This document shows, in pieces, positions 8,911-18,165 of a DNA stretch of 64,000 nucleotides (position 1 is its first letter; every line of letters begins with the position of its first letter). Under the pieces are notes generated by a model. That model did not search any database. It saw only the letters and a list, made by a program, of their open reading frames with translations, and was not told the DNA's origin. The translations under genes were made by a program, and so were the position numbers. The DNA is from Clostridiales bacterium (lineage in GTDB: Bacteria; Bacillota; Clostridia; Christensenellales; Aristaeellaceae): positions 8,522-72,521 of the forward strand of contig JAFGGL010000063.1 of NCBI GenBank assembly GCA_016930575.1, written 5' to 3'.

Positions 8911-10230
8911 ATGCCGTCCATAGCTGCGGGCGACGGAAAATCACAAGACCGTGCGATATTGCACTGCGACTGCAACGGCTTTTTCGCGTCCGTGGAATGC
9001 CTGGACCATCCGGCGTACTGGGATATCCCCATGGCGGTCGCGGGCGACCCGAAGGACCGCAGCGGGATTATCCTTGCCAAAAACGAGCTGGCGAAGGGCT
9101 ACGGCATCGTGACCGCTGAAACCGTATATTCCGCCAGGCGCAAATGCCCCGGGCTCACCCTGGTGCCGCCGCGGCACTGGCGGTATTCCGAGATCTCCAA
9201 ACGGGTGAACGCCATTTATCTGCAGTATACCGACCAGGTGGAACCGTTCAGCATTGACGAATCCTTTCTGGACGTCACCGGCTCGCTTGCCTATTTCAAC
9301 GCGACCGCGCGCGGGCTGGCCGACCGTATCCGCATGCAGGTGAAGCAAGAGATCGGCATCACCATATCCGTGGGCGTCAGCTACAACAAGACCTTCGCCA
9401 AGATCGCCTCCGATATGAAAAAACCGGACGCCACAACGGAGATCACCCGCGAAAACTACCGGGACGTGCTCTGGGCGCTTCCCATCCGCAATATGCTGTT
9501 CATCGGCAAAGCGGGCATGGAGCACCTGCAAAGCCACGCGATCCAGACCATCGGCGATCTGGCGCGTTTGCCCAGGGAAACGGCCGAAAGTCTTTTAGGC
9601 AAGAACGGCATCGGCCTGTGGAACAACTGCAACGGGCTGGACGACGCGCCCGTGAAGCATTTTGAGGAACACGAGCCCGCCAAATCCATCGGCAATGGCA
9701 TGACCTTCCGGCGGGACCTGGTGAATGTGGACGAAATCAAGCAGGGCGTGATCGCGCTGTCCGGCATCGTGGCCGCCCGCCTGCGGGAGCACGGCTTGAA
9801 AGCCTGCACCCTGCAGGTGACGATCAAGGACCCGAAGCTGAAAACCATCACCCGCCAGGCGCCGCTCGCTTCGCCCACCCACCTGCAAAGGGAGCTTGTA
9901 GACGGGGCGATGGATATCCTCCGCGCCAAATGGCGAATCATGCCGGATGGCCGCTGCGCGCCCATCCGCATGCTGACGATCACCGGGCAGAACCTTGTGC
10001 GGGACGGGGAAGCCGCCGAACAGGTAAGCCTGTTCGATCTGGCCGAAAACGGAAAACCCTTCGCCAAAAAGGAGAAGTATGAGAAGCTGGAAGCCGCCAT
10101 CACGCGGCTGCACCAAAAGCACGGCGCGGGCAGCGTGGTGATGGGCTGCGTGGAAAACGATGACCTGGGCATCCGCACCTACGGCAAGTATGAGCGTAAA
10201 CGCGAAGAAAACGATGCGGACGATACGTAA
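8911..10230 (+). CDS. dinB: DNA polymerase IV (Y-family)
   Basis: ILHCDCNGFFASVE, SIDESFLDVTG and ISVGVSYNKTFAKIASD motifs. RBS GGAGG. Confidence 0.93.
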   Translation: MPSIAAGDGKSQDRAILHCDCNGFFASVECLDHPAYWDIPMAVAGDPKDRSGIILAKNELAKGYGIVTAETVYSARRKCPGLTLVPPRHWRYSEISKRVNAIYLQYTDQVEPFSIDESFLDVTGSLAYFNATARGLADRIRMQVKQEIGITISVGVSYNKTFAKIASDMKKPDATTEITRENYRDVLWALPIRNMLFIGKAGMEHLQSHAIQTIGDLARLPRETAESLLGKNGIGLWNNCNGLDDAPVKHFEEHEPAKSIGNGMTFRRDLVNVDEIKQGVIALSGIVAARLREHGLKACTLQVTIKDPKLKTITRQAPLASPTHLQRELVDGAMDILRAKWRIMPDGRCAPIRMLTITGQNLVRDGEAAEQVSLFDLAENGKPFAKKEKYEKLEAAITRLHQKHGAGSVVMGCVENDDLGIRTYGKYERKREENDADDT

Positions 10231-10254
10231 GCACGATACTTAAAACACAACATT

Positions 10255-10278
10255 AAAAAAGGGCGACCGCCCTTTTTT
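10255..10278. terminator. Bidirectional intrinsic terminator (AAAAAAGGGC gacc GCCCTTTTTT)
   Basis: Read directly between convergent dinB and the oxidoreductase gene. Confidence 0.7.
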
Positions 10279-10294
10279 ATGTTGTTGGTATTGT

Positions 10295-11647
10295 TTACGA
10301 GTTCTTCAACGCTTTGGCAACGATCTCCGCAGCCTTGATCAGCGGGAAGCCCGCGGGCGACGCCGTAAGCATAGGCTGCGTTCCGATCTGCATCATCAGC
10401 AGGTCGTTGACCGTCATATGGCTTTGGATGGCCACGCCGATGACGTTGACAAGCTGGCCGGCGCATTTCCCGCCCATCACCTCGCCGCCGAGGATGACGC
10501 CCGACTGTTTGGACACGATCAGCTTGACCGTTTCCTTATGCGCGTCCGCCATTTTGCCCGGGTGCCTGTTGACGCCCGTAAACGAGCCGGTGACGATCTT
10601 AAACCCTTCTTTGGCGGCAGTTTGCTCAATCAGGCCGGCTACGCCGAACGCCGTATCGCCGATGCAGGTCGAGTAGATGCCGATCGTTCCGCGGAAGGTA
10701 TTCACGGTGCTGAGCTCGTACAGGTTCATGCCGGCCGTTCTCGCCTCGGTGCACGCCGTGGACGCAAGCATGATTTTGCTGGGCATCCCGGTCGCGAAAT
10801 CGATCTTCGCCGCGCAGTCGCCCGCCGCGAAAACATCGGAAATGCTGGTCCGCCGATACTGGTCCGCCTTGATGAACCCGTAATCGTTGATCTCAAGCCC
10901 CATGGACTTCGCCAGTTCCGTATTCGGCAGATAGCCCAGCGCCAGGATCACGGCGTCCGCATCCAGCGTTTCGCCGTTATTGAGAGACACCTTGCTCACC
11001 CGCCGATCCCCGATGATCTCCTTCACGCCGCAGTTCGTCTTGAGTTGCACGCCGCGCTCGGTAAGCAAGCGTTCCGCCTCGGCCGCGAATTCGTCGTCAA
11101 ACGTAGCGCCGAGCACGCGCGGCAGGATTTCCACGAGGGTAACGTTCTTCCCGGCTTTGTTGAGTTCGTCGGAGACCTCCACGCCGATGAAGCCCGCGCC
11201 GATCACAACGACTTTACCAAGTCCATCAAGCTTTTTATGCAGCTCGTCCAGGTAATCCTTATTCTTGGGAATGGTGAATACGTTCTCAAGCTCCGCGCCC
11301 TTCAGCCAGGCAGGCACGGACGGGAGCGAACCTGTGCCCATGATCAGCTTGTCGTATTGTATCGTTTCGCCGTCTTTGAGGGTACACACCTTCGCTTTTG
11401 TATCCACGCCTGTCACTTCACCTATGATGATATCAACACCGAGTTTTTGCAGGCCGCCGTCCGGCAGTATATTGTTGTCGCTGCACTCAACGGTGCTGAA
11501 GATATAGGGAATCCCGCAGGGGATCATCACTTTTTCTTCTTTTCTGACCACTGTCACGCTTTTATCGGGATAGTTGGTTTTTGCCGTCATCGCGCCCACA
11601 AGGCCCGTTGCGCTGCCGCCGATGACCAGCACGTTTGTTTTCTTCAT
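10295..11647 (-). CDS. FAD-dependent pyridine nucleotide-disulfide oxidoreductase (NADH oxidase / CoA-disulfide reductase family)
   Basis: 450 aa. Two dinucleotide-binding motifs (VLVIGGSATG, VVVIGAGFIGVE), a single redox Cys context (IPCGIPY) and GDCA. Confidence 0.85.
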   Translation of the reverse strand: MKKTNVLVIGGSATGLVGAMTAKTNYPDKSVTVVRKEEKVMIPCGIPYIFSTVECSDNNILPDGGLQKLGVDIIIGEVTGVDTKAKVCTLKDGETIQYDKLIMGTGSLPSVPAWLKGAELENVFTIPKNKDYLDELHKKLDGLGKVVVIGAGFIGVEVSDELNKAGKNVTLVEILPRVLGATFDDEFAAEAERLLTERGVQLKTNCGVKEIIGDRRVSKVSLNNGETLDADAVILALGYLPNTELAKSMGLEINDYGFIKADQYRRTSISDVFAAGDCAAKIDFATGMPSKIMLASTACTEARTAGMNLYELSTVNTFRGTIGIYSTCIGDTAFGVAGLIEQTAAKEGFKIVTGSFTGVNRHPGKMADAHKETVKLIVSKQSGVILGGEVMGGKCAGQLVNVIGVAIQSHMTVNDLLMMQIGTQPMLTASPAGFPLIKAAEIVAKALKNS

Positions 11648-11775
11648 TCGGAAAATCTCCTTTTATGGTTTTGGTACGTTCGAAGTTTAGCATCGTTTTT
11701 AGCATATGTCAATAACACGAAACCGAAGCATCGTAAACATGCTTCGGCACAGACTGCGATACATGAAGAACGGAA

Positions 11776-12693
11776 TTAAAGCAATACCGCGAACACGGCG
11801 GGGATGGTGGCGATGCAAAGGATAGTCGTAAGCGTCACGCCCCTGGACAGCATCGTATACTCGCCGCCGTACTGCTGCGCCATCATCACCGTCATGCTGG
11901 CGACGGGCGTGCTCATCATAACGATGCATACGCCCAGCAGGTCTCCCCCGCCGATGAAAGCTTTCAGCAGGAAACAAAGGGCGATGGGAATGATCAGCAG
12001 CTTGATGACCGAAAATATCAGCAGCTTGTAATCGGTAAAGAACAAGCGGAGCTTCACATGCGCCAGCGCCGCGCCGATGATGATCATGCCAAGCGGCGCG
12101 GTGAGGTCGCTGAGATATGAAAGCGGCGACGTAACGACCTCCGGCAGTTTGACGCCGAGAAGATAGAACGCCACCGCGATGACGCCTGAAATCACGCCCG
12201 GGTTGACGAGCTTGCGCAGGGAAGAGCGCTTCTGTGAAGGCTCAGCCGCTCCGCGCTGCAGAATCACCACGCCGTAGGTATAGATCAGGATATTGAAGAT
12301 GATAATGAAAATCGATACGTACAGGAGCGCCTGGCTGCCGAGGATCTCGTTGATCAGCGGGATGCCGAGAAAGCCGATGTTGGAAAACACGGCCATCATG
12401 GCGTACGCACCCGCCTGATCCCGCTTCAGCCTAAGCAGCTTCGGCAGCACGGCGGCGACCAAGATCAGCACCGCGTACATCGCCGCGGCGATTCCCACGG
12501 CCGTCAGCAGCTCCGCGCCCGGGATAACGTGCTCCGTCTGCGAGGAATTGATGATCAACGCGGGGTTGGACACGTACAGCACGACGGCGGACAGCTTCTT
12601 GCTGGTGTGCTCGTCGAGTATCCGCACCTTTGCAAGCAGCAGCCCCACCAGCATCAGGATCAGGAAAACCACCATTTTGGAGAGTATCAGCAT
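11776..12693 (-). CDS. AEC (auxin efflux carrier) family transporter
   Basis: 305-aa polytopic protein with family-typical N- and C-terminal repeats. Confidence 0.75.
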   Translation of the reverse strand: MLILSKMVVFLILMLVGLLLAKVRILDEHTSKKLSAVVLYVSNPALIINSSQTEHVIPGAELLTAVGIAAAMYAVLILVAAVLPKLLRLKRDQAGAYAMMAVFSNIGFLGIPLINEILGSQALLYVSIFIIIFNILIYTYGVVILQRGAAEPSQKRSSLRKLVNPGVISGVIAVAFYLLGVKLPEVVTSPLSYLSDLTAPLGMIIIGAALAHVKLRLFFTDYKLLIFSVIKLLIIPIALCFLLKAFIGGGDLLGVCIVMMSTPVASMTVMMAQQYGGEYTMLSRGVTLTTILCIATIPAVFAVLL

Positions 12694-12792
12694 TATATCA
12701 AAATCCTATTCGTTGTTTGGAAATGGTTTGCAATGTATAGTTTACAACAGTACAGGCGGTTTGGGAAGGGTAAACATCAGGAACCCGTCTTG

Positions 12793-12820
12793 TTGACAAC
12801 GCTACGCATTTTGTTATGAT
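12793..12820 (+). promoter_or_regulatory. Candidate promoter for nudC (-35 TTGACA, 16 nt, TG-extended -10 TATGAT)
   Basis: Read directly. Confidence 0.45.
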
Positions 12821-12852
12821 GATGATGAGTTTACACAATCGGGGTATATGAA

Positions 12853-13683
12853 ATGCTTATCAACAAACGCCATACGGAGTTTTCCTTGTTGCCGAACTCC
12901 GATCATATTCAAGCGGATAATACGATATTGCTTTTCAGGGAAAATGAAGTCCTGCTGCGTACCGTATCGAAAGAGAACCGATTGCCTCTGTGGGGAGACG
13001 TCGCCGGCGGATTTGCGGGCACTTCGCCGCGCCACGCCTTTACGCAGGGAACGCGCCGGTATTTTATCGCTTCCGTTCAGGATGACACGCCCGCGCCGCC
13101 CAGCTTTGCCTGGGAAAACATACGCGTGTTCCGTATACTGCAGCCGGAAATGGAAGGCACGCTGTTGAACGTGGCGTGGCACCTGTCGGTTTGGTATGCA
13201 AACCACCGCTTCTGCGGCGCCTGTGGCAGTCCGACGCAACCTCATCCAGTGGAGCGGGCGTTGACATGCGAACACTGCGGGCTTACCGTTTTCCCTTCTA
13301 TTCTGCCGGCGATCATCGTGGCTGTTACCAACGGCGACAGGCTTTTACTGGCACAGAACGCGCACGGCGCATTCCGCCGGTTCTCTCTCCTTGCCGGATT
13401 CGTGGAAGTAGGCGAAACGGCCGAACAGACGGTCGTACGGGAAGTGCTTGAGGAAGTCGGCCTGCGCGTGAAAAACATCCGCTATATCAAAAGCCAGCCG
13501 TGGGGGCTTTCCCAAAGCCTGATGCTGGGCTTCTCAGCAGAGTTGGATGGATCGCCGGAAATCCGCTTGCAGGCAAGCGAACTGGCGGAAGCCCGCTGGT
13601 TCAGCCGTGAGGATATCCCCGAAAACGACAGCACCGCAAGCATTTCTTTTAATCTAATGGAGCGTTTCCGACGCGGATTGTAA
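12853..13683 (+). CDS. nudC: NAD+ diphosphatase (NADH pyrophosphatase, Nudix)
   Basis: Zinc ribbon CGACGSPT...CEHCG followed by the Nudix box GFVEVGETAEQTVVREVLEEVG. Confidence 0.85.
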   Translation: MLINKRHTEFSLLPNSDHIQADNTILLFRENEVLLRTVSKENRLPLWGDVAGGFAGTSPRHAFTQGTRRYFIASVQDDTPAPPSFAWENIRVFRILQPEMEGTLLNVAWHLSVWYANHRFCGACGSPTQPHPVERALTCEHCGLTVFPSILPAIIVAVTNGDRLLLAQNAHGAFRRFSLLAGFVEVGETAEQTVVREVLEEVGLRVKNIRYIKSQPWGLSQSLMLGFSAELDGSPEIRLQASELAEARWFSREDIPENDSTASISFNLMERFRRGL

Positions 13684-13721
13684 TAACTTGAAGGATTAAT
13701 TTACAAAAGCATTTGGAACCC

Positions 13722-14024
13722 TTATTCCTCGTGATCCTTGCGTCTGCGCCTTTTGCGGGAAAACGCCAAGCCGCCAAAACCGCTGATAATCGCCATATAG
13801 TACCCGAAGTTGTACCAGAACCCTACGTTGTTCACTTCATAGATGCCGATATCTTTGTTGAATATTGAGATGATAAGCGTGACCGGCGCGATCCAGCCGT
13901 GCCATATCCCGGCGAAGAATCCCGCCGGATTTTCCGGCGTGTTCGCGCCGTCGCCTGGCGCGCAGGAAGTCATCAGCACAAGGAGAATTACCATCATAAG
14001 TCCGAATAACAGTAGCTTTTTCAA
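13722..14024 (-). CDS. Small lipoprotein / membrane protein, hypothetical
   Basis: TTG start with an upstream GAAGG. Lipobox-like LLVLMTSC. 100 aa with a basic C-terminal tail. Confidence 0.5.
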   Translation of the reverse strand: MKKLLLFGLMMVILLVLMTSCAPGDGANTPENPAGFFAGIWHGWIAPVTLIISIFNKDIGIYEVNNVGFWYNFGYYMAIISGFGGLAFSRKRRRRKDHEE

Positions 14025-14142
14025 ATCGATCCGCCTTCTTTCATATCGGTAGGTCTGTTGATATTCTAACGAGTGTTCTATGCCATGTTATCACCCATTA
14101 TACACCATTTCCAAACGAAAGAATAAATCATAAGTATGCAAT

Positions 14143-14177
14143 AAAAAGCCGCCGCGAACGATATAGTCCGCGACGAC
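14143..14177 (-). terminator. Intrinsic terminator on the minus strand (GUCGUCGCG...CGCGGCGGC then UUUUU; the stem includes two G-U pairs valid only on the minus strand)
   Basis: Read directly. It lies downstream of the 87-aa gene. Confidence 0.55.
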
Positions 14178-14222
14178 GAGGGGAGCCGACGCCTGCCTTG
14201 CAGGCTGAGGCGTGGAAAGCCT

Positions 14223-14486
14223 TCACACTGCCCGCTTGTTGTTTCCAGCAGTATTCCGAAATCTGCCTTTCAGCGCCAGATAGCGCCGTTTGATCCATGC
14301 GCGGTGGTCTGCGATAAACGCCGCGAGAAAGGCCGCCGGCAGAACGATCAAAGGCACGTACAAAAGGGAGAGTGCCAAGAACATCAAGGCGATGGCGAAT
14401 AGCCATAGAATGGAAATCAGGCGCGGCGAAATGCCGATTCTGGATGCCACGCGGGACATAAAGCTGGCGTGCTTATGGGATACCAT
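14223..14486 (-). CDS. Small two-TM membrane protein, hypothetical
   Basis: 87-aa ORF. GGGAGG lies 9 nt upstream of the ATG, and a strand-specific terminator follows downstream. Confidence 0.5.
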   Translation of the reverse strand: MVSHKHASFMSRVASRIGISPRLISILWLFAIALMFLALSLLYVPLIVLPAAFLAAFIADHRAWIKRRYLALKGRFRNTAGNNKRAV

Positions 14487-14623
14487 ACCCGTAATCCTCC
14501 CGAAAACGCAGTCCCTTTTCCTGTTCTTCTCCCGATAGCGCTATTATAGCACATTTCCATCCCGTTTTTACAAGATATCGGATTATACTCAAAGTATATT
14601 TCCCGCATGCGAATCGCACCGGT

Positions 14624-15568
14624 TCATTTCATCATCAGCCGTGCGGCGCCGAAAATTCCGGCGTCGTTGCCAAGCGCCGCCAAGCGGATAACGGTTCCTT
14701 CCGTGGCAACGGGAGCATACAGTTTGTATGCTTTTTTAACGGCGCTCAGCAGGGTATCCCCGGCTGCGGAAACGCCGCCGCCAAGCACGATGACCTCCGG
14801 GTCGCACACGCAGGAAATGATGGATAGCGCGCGCCCGAGCTCCGACGCGAATTTCTCCGTAAGCCGGCGAGCCAGGGCGTCGCCCTGTTGCGCGTGCATA
14901 AAAATATGCTTTGCCGTTACTTCCCCGTATTGGCGGAGCAGGCTCGGTTCGTCCGCGGTCTCCAGCAGCTGTTTGGCCTCACACGCAATACCTGACGCGG
15001 ACGCGTACTGCTCCAGGCGTCCGCGCTTGCCGCGGCCGAATTCGCGTTTCTCCTCCGGTTTGATGATCATATGGCCGATCTCGCCGCCGGCGCCGTGAAA
15101 CCCCTCCACGATTTGGCCGCCGATCACCAGGGCCGCGCCAAGGCCCGTTCCGATAGCGACGAAGTACATATTCCGCGCGCCTTGCGCGCTGCCTTTCCAC
15201 AGCTCGCCCAAAGCGGCCGCGTTTGCGTCGTTGACGGCCTTGACGGGTATGCCGCACATACGGGAGAACGCGCCGGCAACGTAAAACCCGCCCCAGCCGT
15301 TCAGGTTGACGCAGGGCTCGACGGTTTTATCCTGTAAAACCTCGCCGGGAACGCCCAGGCCGATCCCGATCACGTCTTGCGCGGTGAACCGCCCTGTACT
15401 CATGCGTACCCGCACCGAAGCGGCGAGATCGCGAAGTATGTTTTTGCCCTTGTCGCGTATATCCGTCGGTATCTGCCATTTCTCTAGCAAGACGCCATTC
15501 TCGCTGAAAAGCCCCAGCTTCGCCGTGGTTCCGCCGAGGTCGATCCCGAATATAACCCGTTCGCTCAT
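14624..15568 (-). CDS. glcK: ROK-family glucokinase
   Basis: Internal ATG at 15568 gives MSERVIFGIDLGGTTAKLGLF. GIGLGVPG and the ROK signature are present. The listed start at 15805 overlaps nagB. Confidence 0.85.
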   Translation of the reverse strand: MSERVIFGIDLGGTTAKLGLFSENGVLLEKWQIPTDIRDKGKNILRDLAASVRVRMSTGRFTAQDVIGIGLGVPGEVLQDKTVEPCVNLNGWGGFYVAGAFSRMCGIPVKAVNDANAAALGELWKGSAQGARNMYFVAIGTGLGAALVIGGQIVEGFHGAGGEIGHMIIKPEEKREFGRGKRGRLEQYASASGIACEAKQLLETADEPSLLRQYGEVTAKHIFMHAQQGDALARRLTEKFASELGRALSIISCVCDPEVIVLGGGVSAAGDTLLSAVKKAYKLYAPVATEGTVIRLAALGNDAGIFGAARLMMK

Positions 15569-15587
15569 ATCATCGTTCCCTGATACG

Positions 15588-16298
15588 CTACTCTTTAGAA
15601 AACAATACAGATACGTCCGGATGGAGCTGGAGTATGGACGCAGGCACTTCAGGCGTGATGGGGCCTTCCATAGCCTTATGAATAATATCTTCTTTGTCCT
15701 TGCCGTTCGCCGCCAGGATGATTTTTCTCGAGCACATAATCGACTGCATTCCCATGGTAATAGCGCTGCGCGGAATATCCGAGACCGCTTTGAAAAACCT
15801 GGCATTCGACCGGATGGTATCCTCCGACAATTTCACATAGGTCGTGTCCTTGGAAAACACGTCGGCAGGTTCGTTAAAGCCGATATGGCCGTTGTGGCCG
15901 ATGCCCAAAAGCTGGATATCGATGCCGCCGAGGCTGGCGATCAGCGCGTCATACCGCTTGCATTCCGCCTGGATATCCGCGGCAAGCCCGTTTGGCATAT
16001 GGGCGTTGGCGGCCTTGATGTTGACCTTTGAAAACAGGTGCTTTTGCATGAAATAGTGATAGCTCTGCGGATCATCCGCTGCAATGCCGCAGTATTCGTC
16101 CAGGTTGACCGTGCGCACCTTCGCAAAGTCAAGGTCCGCCTTTTCATACCAACTCACCAGTATTTTGTAAATCCCCAAAGGAGTTGATCCCGTCGCAAGC
16201 CCAAGCACGCAATCCTCCTTGAGGATGATCTGCGCCGATATCAGGTTGGCGGCCCTGCGGCACATCTGCCCGTATGTATCAAAAACCTGGTATTTCAT
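15588..16298 (-). CDS. nagB: Glucosamine-6-phosphate deaminase
   Basis: Internal ATG at 16298 gives MKYQVFDTYGQMCRRAANLISAQI...GLATGSTP...GIGHNGHIGFNEP. Confidence 0.9.
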   Translation of the reverse strand: MKYQVFDTYGQMCRRAANLISAQIILKEDCVLGLATGSTPLGIYKILVSWYEKADLDFAKVRTVNLDEYCGIAADDPQSYHYFMQKHLFSKVNIKAANAHMPNGLAADIQAECKRYDALIASLGGIDIQLLGIGHNGHIGFNEPADVFSKDTTYVKLSEDTIRSNARFFKAVSDIPRSAITMGMQSIMCSRKIILAANGKDKEDIIHKAMEGPITPEVPASILQLHPDVSVLFSKE

Positions 16299-16379
16299 AG
16301 GCGATACCCTTTCCGAAATAGATAATGTTGGGACGAGATAGAAGAGAATCCGGCAGGGGCAAAAGTTTGTTACGTCACA

Positions 16380-16550
16380 TAGTAGCGCGGGATGAGTACT
16401 GATGTCAAATATGGAAGTACTTACCGGGTACACGCTCGCTTTCGTTGCCCTCGGGTTCGACTGTCTCCTCCCAATAGGTTGCATTTCGTTGACGGGGAGT
16501 CGTCGCACGCTTCGCTGCTGAGGCGCGGGCGTAAACGTCCACACCCTGAT
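16380..16550 (+). repeat. Partial copy (R1) of the mosaic hairpin-repeat family
   Basis: Carries the roughly 35-nt module GGGTACACGCTCGCTTTCGTTGCCC.. (16426-16461), shared with 28039-28072 and the reverse complement of 22205-22239. Also carries CTCCC.ATAGGTTGCAT, shared with 18291-18306. Confidence 0.45.
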
Positions 16551-16554
16551 ACCT

Positions 16555-16581
16555 AAAAACGACCATACAAGGTCGTTTTTT
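16555..16581. terminator. Bidirectional intrinsic terminator (AAAAACGACC ataca aGGTCGTTTTTT)
   Basis: Read directly. It separates the tmRNA/HNH islet from nagB. Confidence 0.65.
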
Positions 16582-16863
16582 ACGGTATCAGCCCTCTCAG
16601 CTTCGACTCCCCTTAGCGACGCTGATCACGAAAAGCGCCTCCTATAATAGCGCTTTTCGCGATGTCTAATAACGCTTACCTCAATACGAATATACGTTTT
16701 CTATAATACGAACCCTGCAAGATTTTATGGTGCATTACTTAAGCACGAGAAATAGGAAATATCATGAATAGCCTTAATCGTTGTCGTCTATTCACCTCAG
16801 CTTGTAGAGTACGCTATGTGTCTTTATATGCCAGTTTTGCACTGTAAATATTATTCTCGATAT

Positions 16864-17586
16864 TTATTCGATTTTATCGTGCTTTTTTAAATTACATCGT
16901 GCACACAAGAGCTGAATGTTTGCAGCTGTCGTCGATGAGCCACCTTTAGAAAACGGGATTATATGATCGTAATGTAAATTAATCGTGGAGCCGCACTTAA
17001 CGCATTTCCCTTTATCTCGACGCCATACTTCAACTTTAACGCCTGTGGGTATCAGTCGATTATGTTCAAGTTCTAGGTTGGTCGTATCGTTTTCTTCTTT
17101 TGTAGCTATTTCTTCATCTAGCATTTCAAGTTTAAACTTGAAAACATTACGGTCTCCGGATTGTTCGATCCAAGCGTTTGTCAGAATGAAATAACCGTTA
17201 TATACCCAAATACCAGCTTTGATTTTTTCATATACCTTGACAATTTTAGCTGGCAAACCTTGCACATATTGTTTCGCCATCTGATAAAATCTACCATTCT
17301 CTGTAAGTCCTCCAGAGGGGGTTGTCATTGGCTGATCTATATCCTTTGGATTGCGTCCATCAACGATGTAATTTGATTGGACATCATGGCCTTCATAAAT
17401 GATTGTTGTGCCATTTTCCTCAAAACGATCTGCATAAGGAGCATTCCTTCGTACGCTCATAAGAATGATGCTATAATCCCGGCCATTAATATTAGAATTC
17501 ATGCCACGTTGAATAGAAAATCCTTCTGAAATAGTCATATCAACATATCGAATAACGTCACCTCGCTTCATTGTTTGCTCACTCAA
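16864..17586 (-). CDS. HNH endonuclease with an N-terminal SRA/YDG-like (PUA-superfamily) domain; candidate modification-dependent (Type IV) restriction enzyme
   Basis: The C-terminus CVKCGSTINLHYDHIIPFSKGGSSTTAANIQLLCARCNLKKHD is a canonical HNH/zinc-finger motif. The N-terminus SEGFSIQRGMNSNINGRDYSIILMSVRRNAPYADRFEENGTTIIYEGHD resembles the SRA core (S.sGvH...GI.G....a.SivLsGGYeDD.D.G....YtG.GG) by eye. The gene is clearly AT-richer than its flanks. Confidence 0.7.
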   Translation of the reverse strand: MSEQTMKRGDVIRYVDMTISEGFSIQRGMNSNINGRDYSIILMSVRRNAPYADRFEENGTTIIYEGHDVQSNYIVDGRNPKDIDQPMTTPSGGLTENGRFYQMAKQYVQGLPAKIVKVYEKIKAGIWVYNGYFILTNAWIEQSGDRNVFKFKLEMLDEEIATKEENDTTNLELEHNRLIPTGVKVEVWRRDKGKCVKCGSTINLHYDHIIPFSKGGSSTTAANIQLLCARCNLKKHDKIE

Positions 17587-17764
17587 AATAATCTCCCCCT
17601 CTTATATAAAAATGCAGTATTAAATTATTCTGTGGTGCTCACCAATAAAACACTATGACCAGCGACAAAGAGTAGCTGTTGTTTATAGTATAGCATCAAA
17701 CGTCTATATTGTCTTTAATGCTCTCTTTCAATACGTAAGGTCACAATGCTTTTTAAGTTCTAGT

Positions 17765-17811
17765 AAAAACACATCCCGTGTTATTGTATCATAACAGTGG
17801 GATGTGTTTTT
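17765..17811 (-). terminator. Intrinsic terminator directly after the tmRNA CCA end (ACACATCCC...GGGATGTGT then TTTTT)
   Basis: Read directly. Confidence 0.65.
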
Positions 17812-17815
17812 AGTG

Positions 17816-18162
17816 TGGTGGAGATGAGGGGAGTCGAACCCCTGTCCGGAAGTATGATTGCCAGGTTTTCTCCGAGCGCAGTCGAGCGTTTGAATTTCCC
17901 TCCGGCGAACGCCGCTTGACGGGCTTAAGCCTTCGGTAGCTTCATATTTACGGGCAAGGCCTCAAAGCTTTGGCGGTGCTCGTACCCTACGTACATGACG
18001 CCGATTGCCAAGCCCGTAGGCTGCCTGGGTCGACGCACGGCATTAAGCCGCGAAAGCTAACTGATTGTTGTCAGTTCGTTTTTGTTCCCGTTGTTGCGCG
18101 GTTCAGGGCCGCGGCTCGCTTACCTGACCTTCAACGACTTCCGTCGAAACCGGAACATCCCC
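17816..18162 (-). ncRNA. ssrA: tmRNA (SsrA), one-piece, about 347 nt
   Basis: On the minus strand, the 5' end GGGGATGTTCCGGTTTCGACGG and the 3' end GGACAGGGGTTCGACTCCCCTCATCTCCACCA form the tRNA-like domain. The internal tag frame ends ..ACT GAC AAC AAT CAG TTA GCT TTC GCG GCT TAA (..TDNNQLAFAA stop). It lies directly downstream of smpB. Confidence 0.93.
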
Positions 18163-18165
18163 ATG

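Noticed and set aside
14128-14406. 92-aa minus-strand ORF overlapping the 87-aa membrane-protein ORF
   Set aside because: It is an alternative frame of the same locus with an R/G-rich translation and no RBS. The 14223-14486 frame has GGGAGG, TM helices and a strand-specific terminator.
16602-16613. TTCGACTCCCCT, a 12-nt match to the tmRNA T-arm (17827-17838), as a possible att repeat marking the islet border
   Set aside because: It is in inverted, not direct, orientation relative to ssrA. It lies beyond the compositional border and inside a repeat-family/hairpin region. A T-loop-like 12-mer could recur by chance or as part of the repeat.
16764-16847. 27-aa ORF (MNSLNRCRLFTSACRVRYVSLYASFAL) inside the AT-rich islet
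   Set aside because: It is too short, has only a weak RBS, and shows no recognisable features. It cannot be supported from sequence alone.
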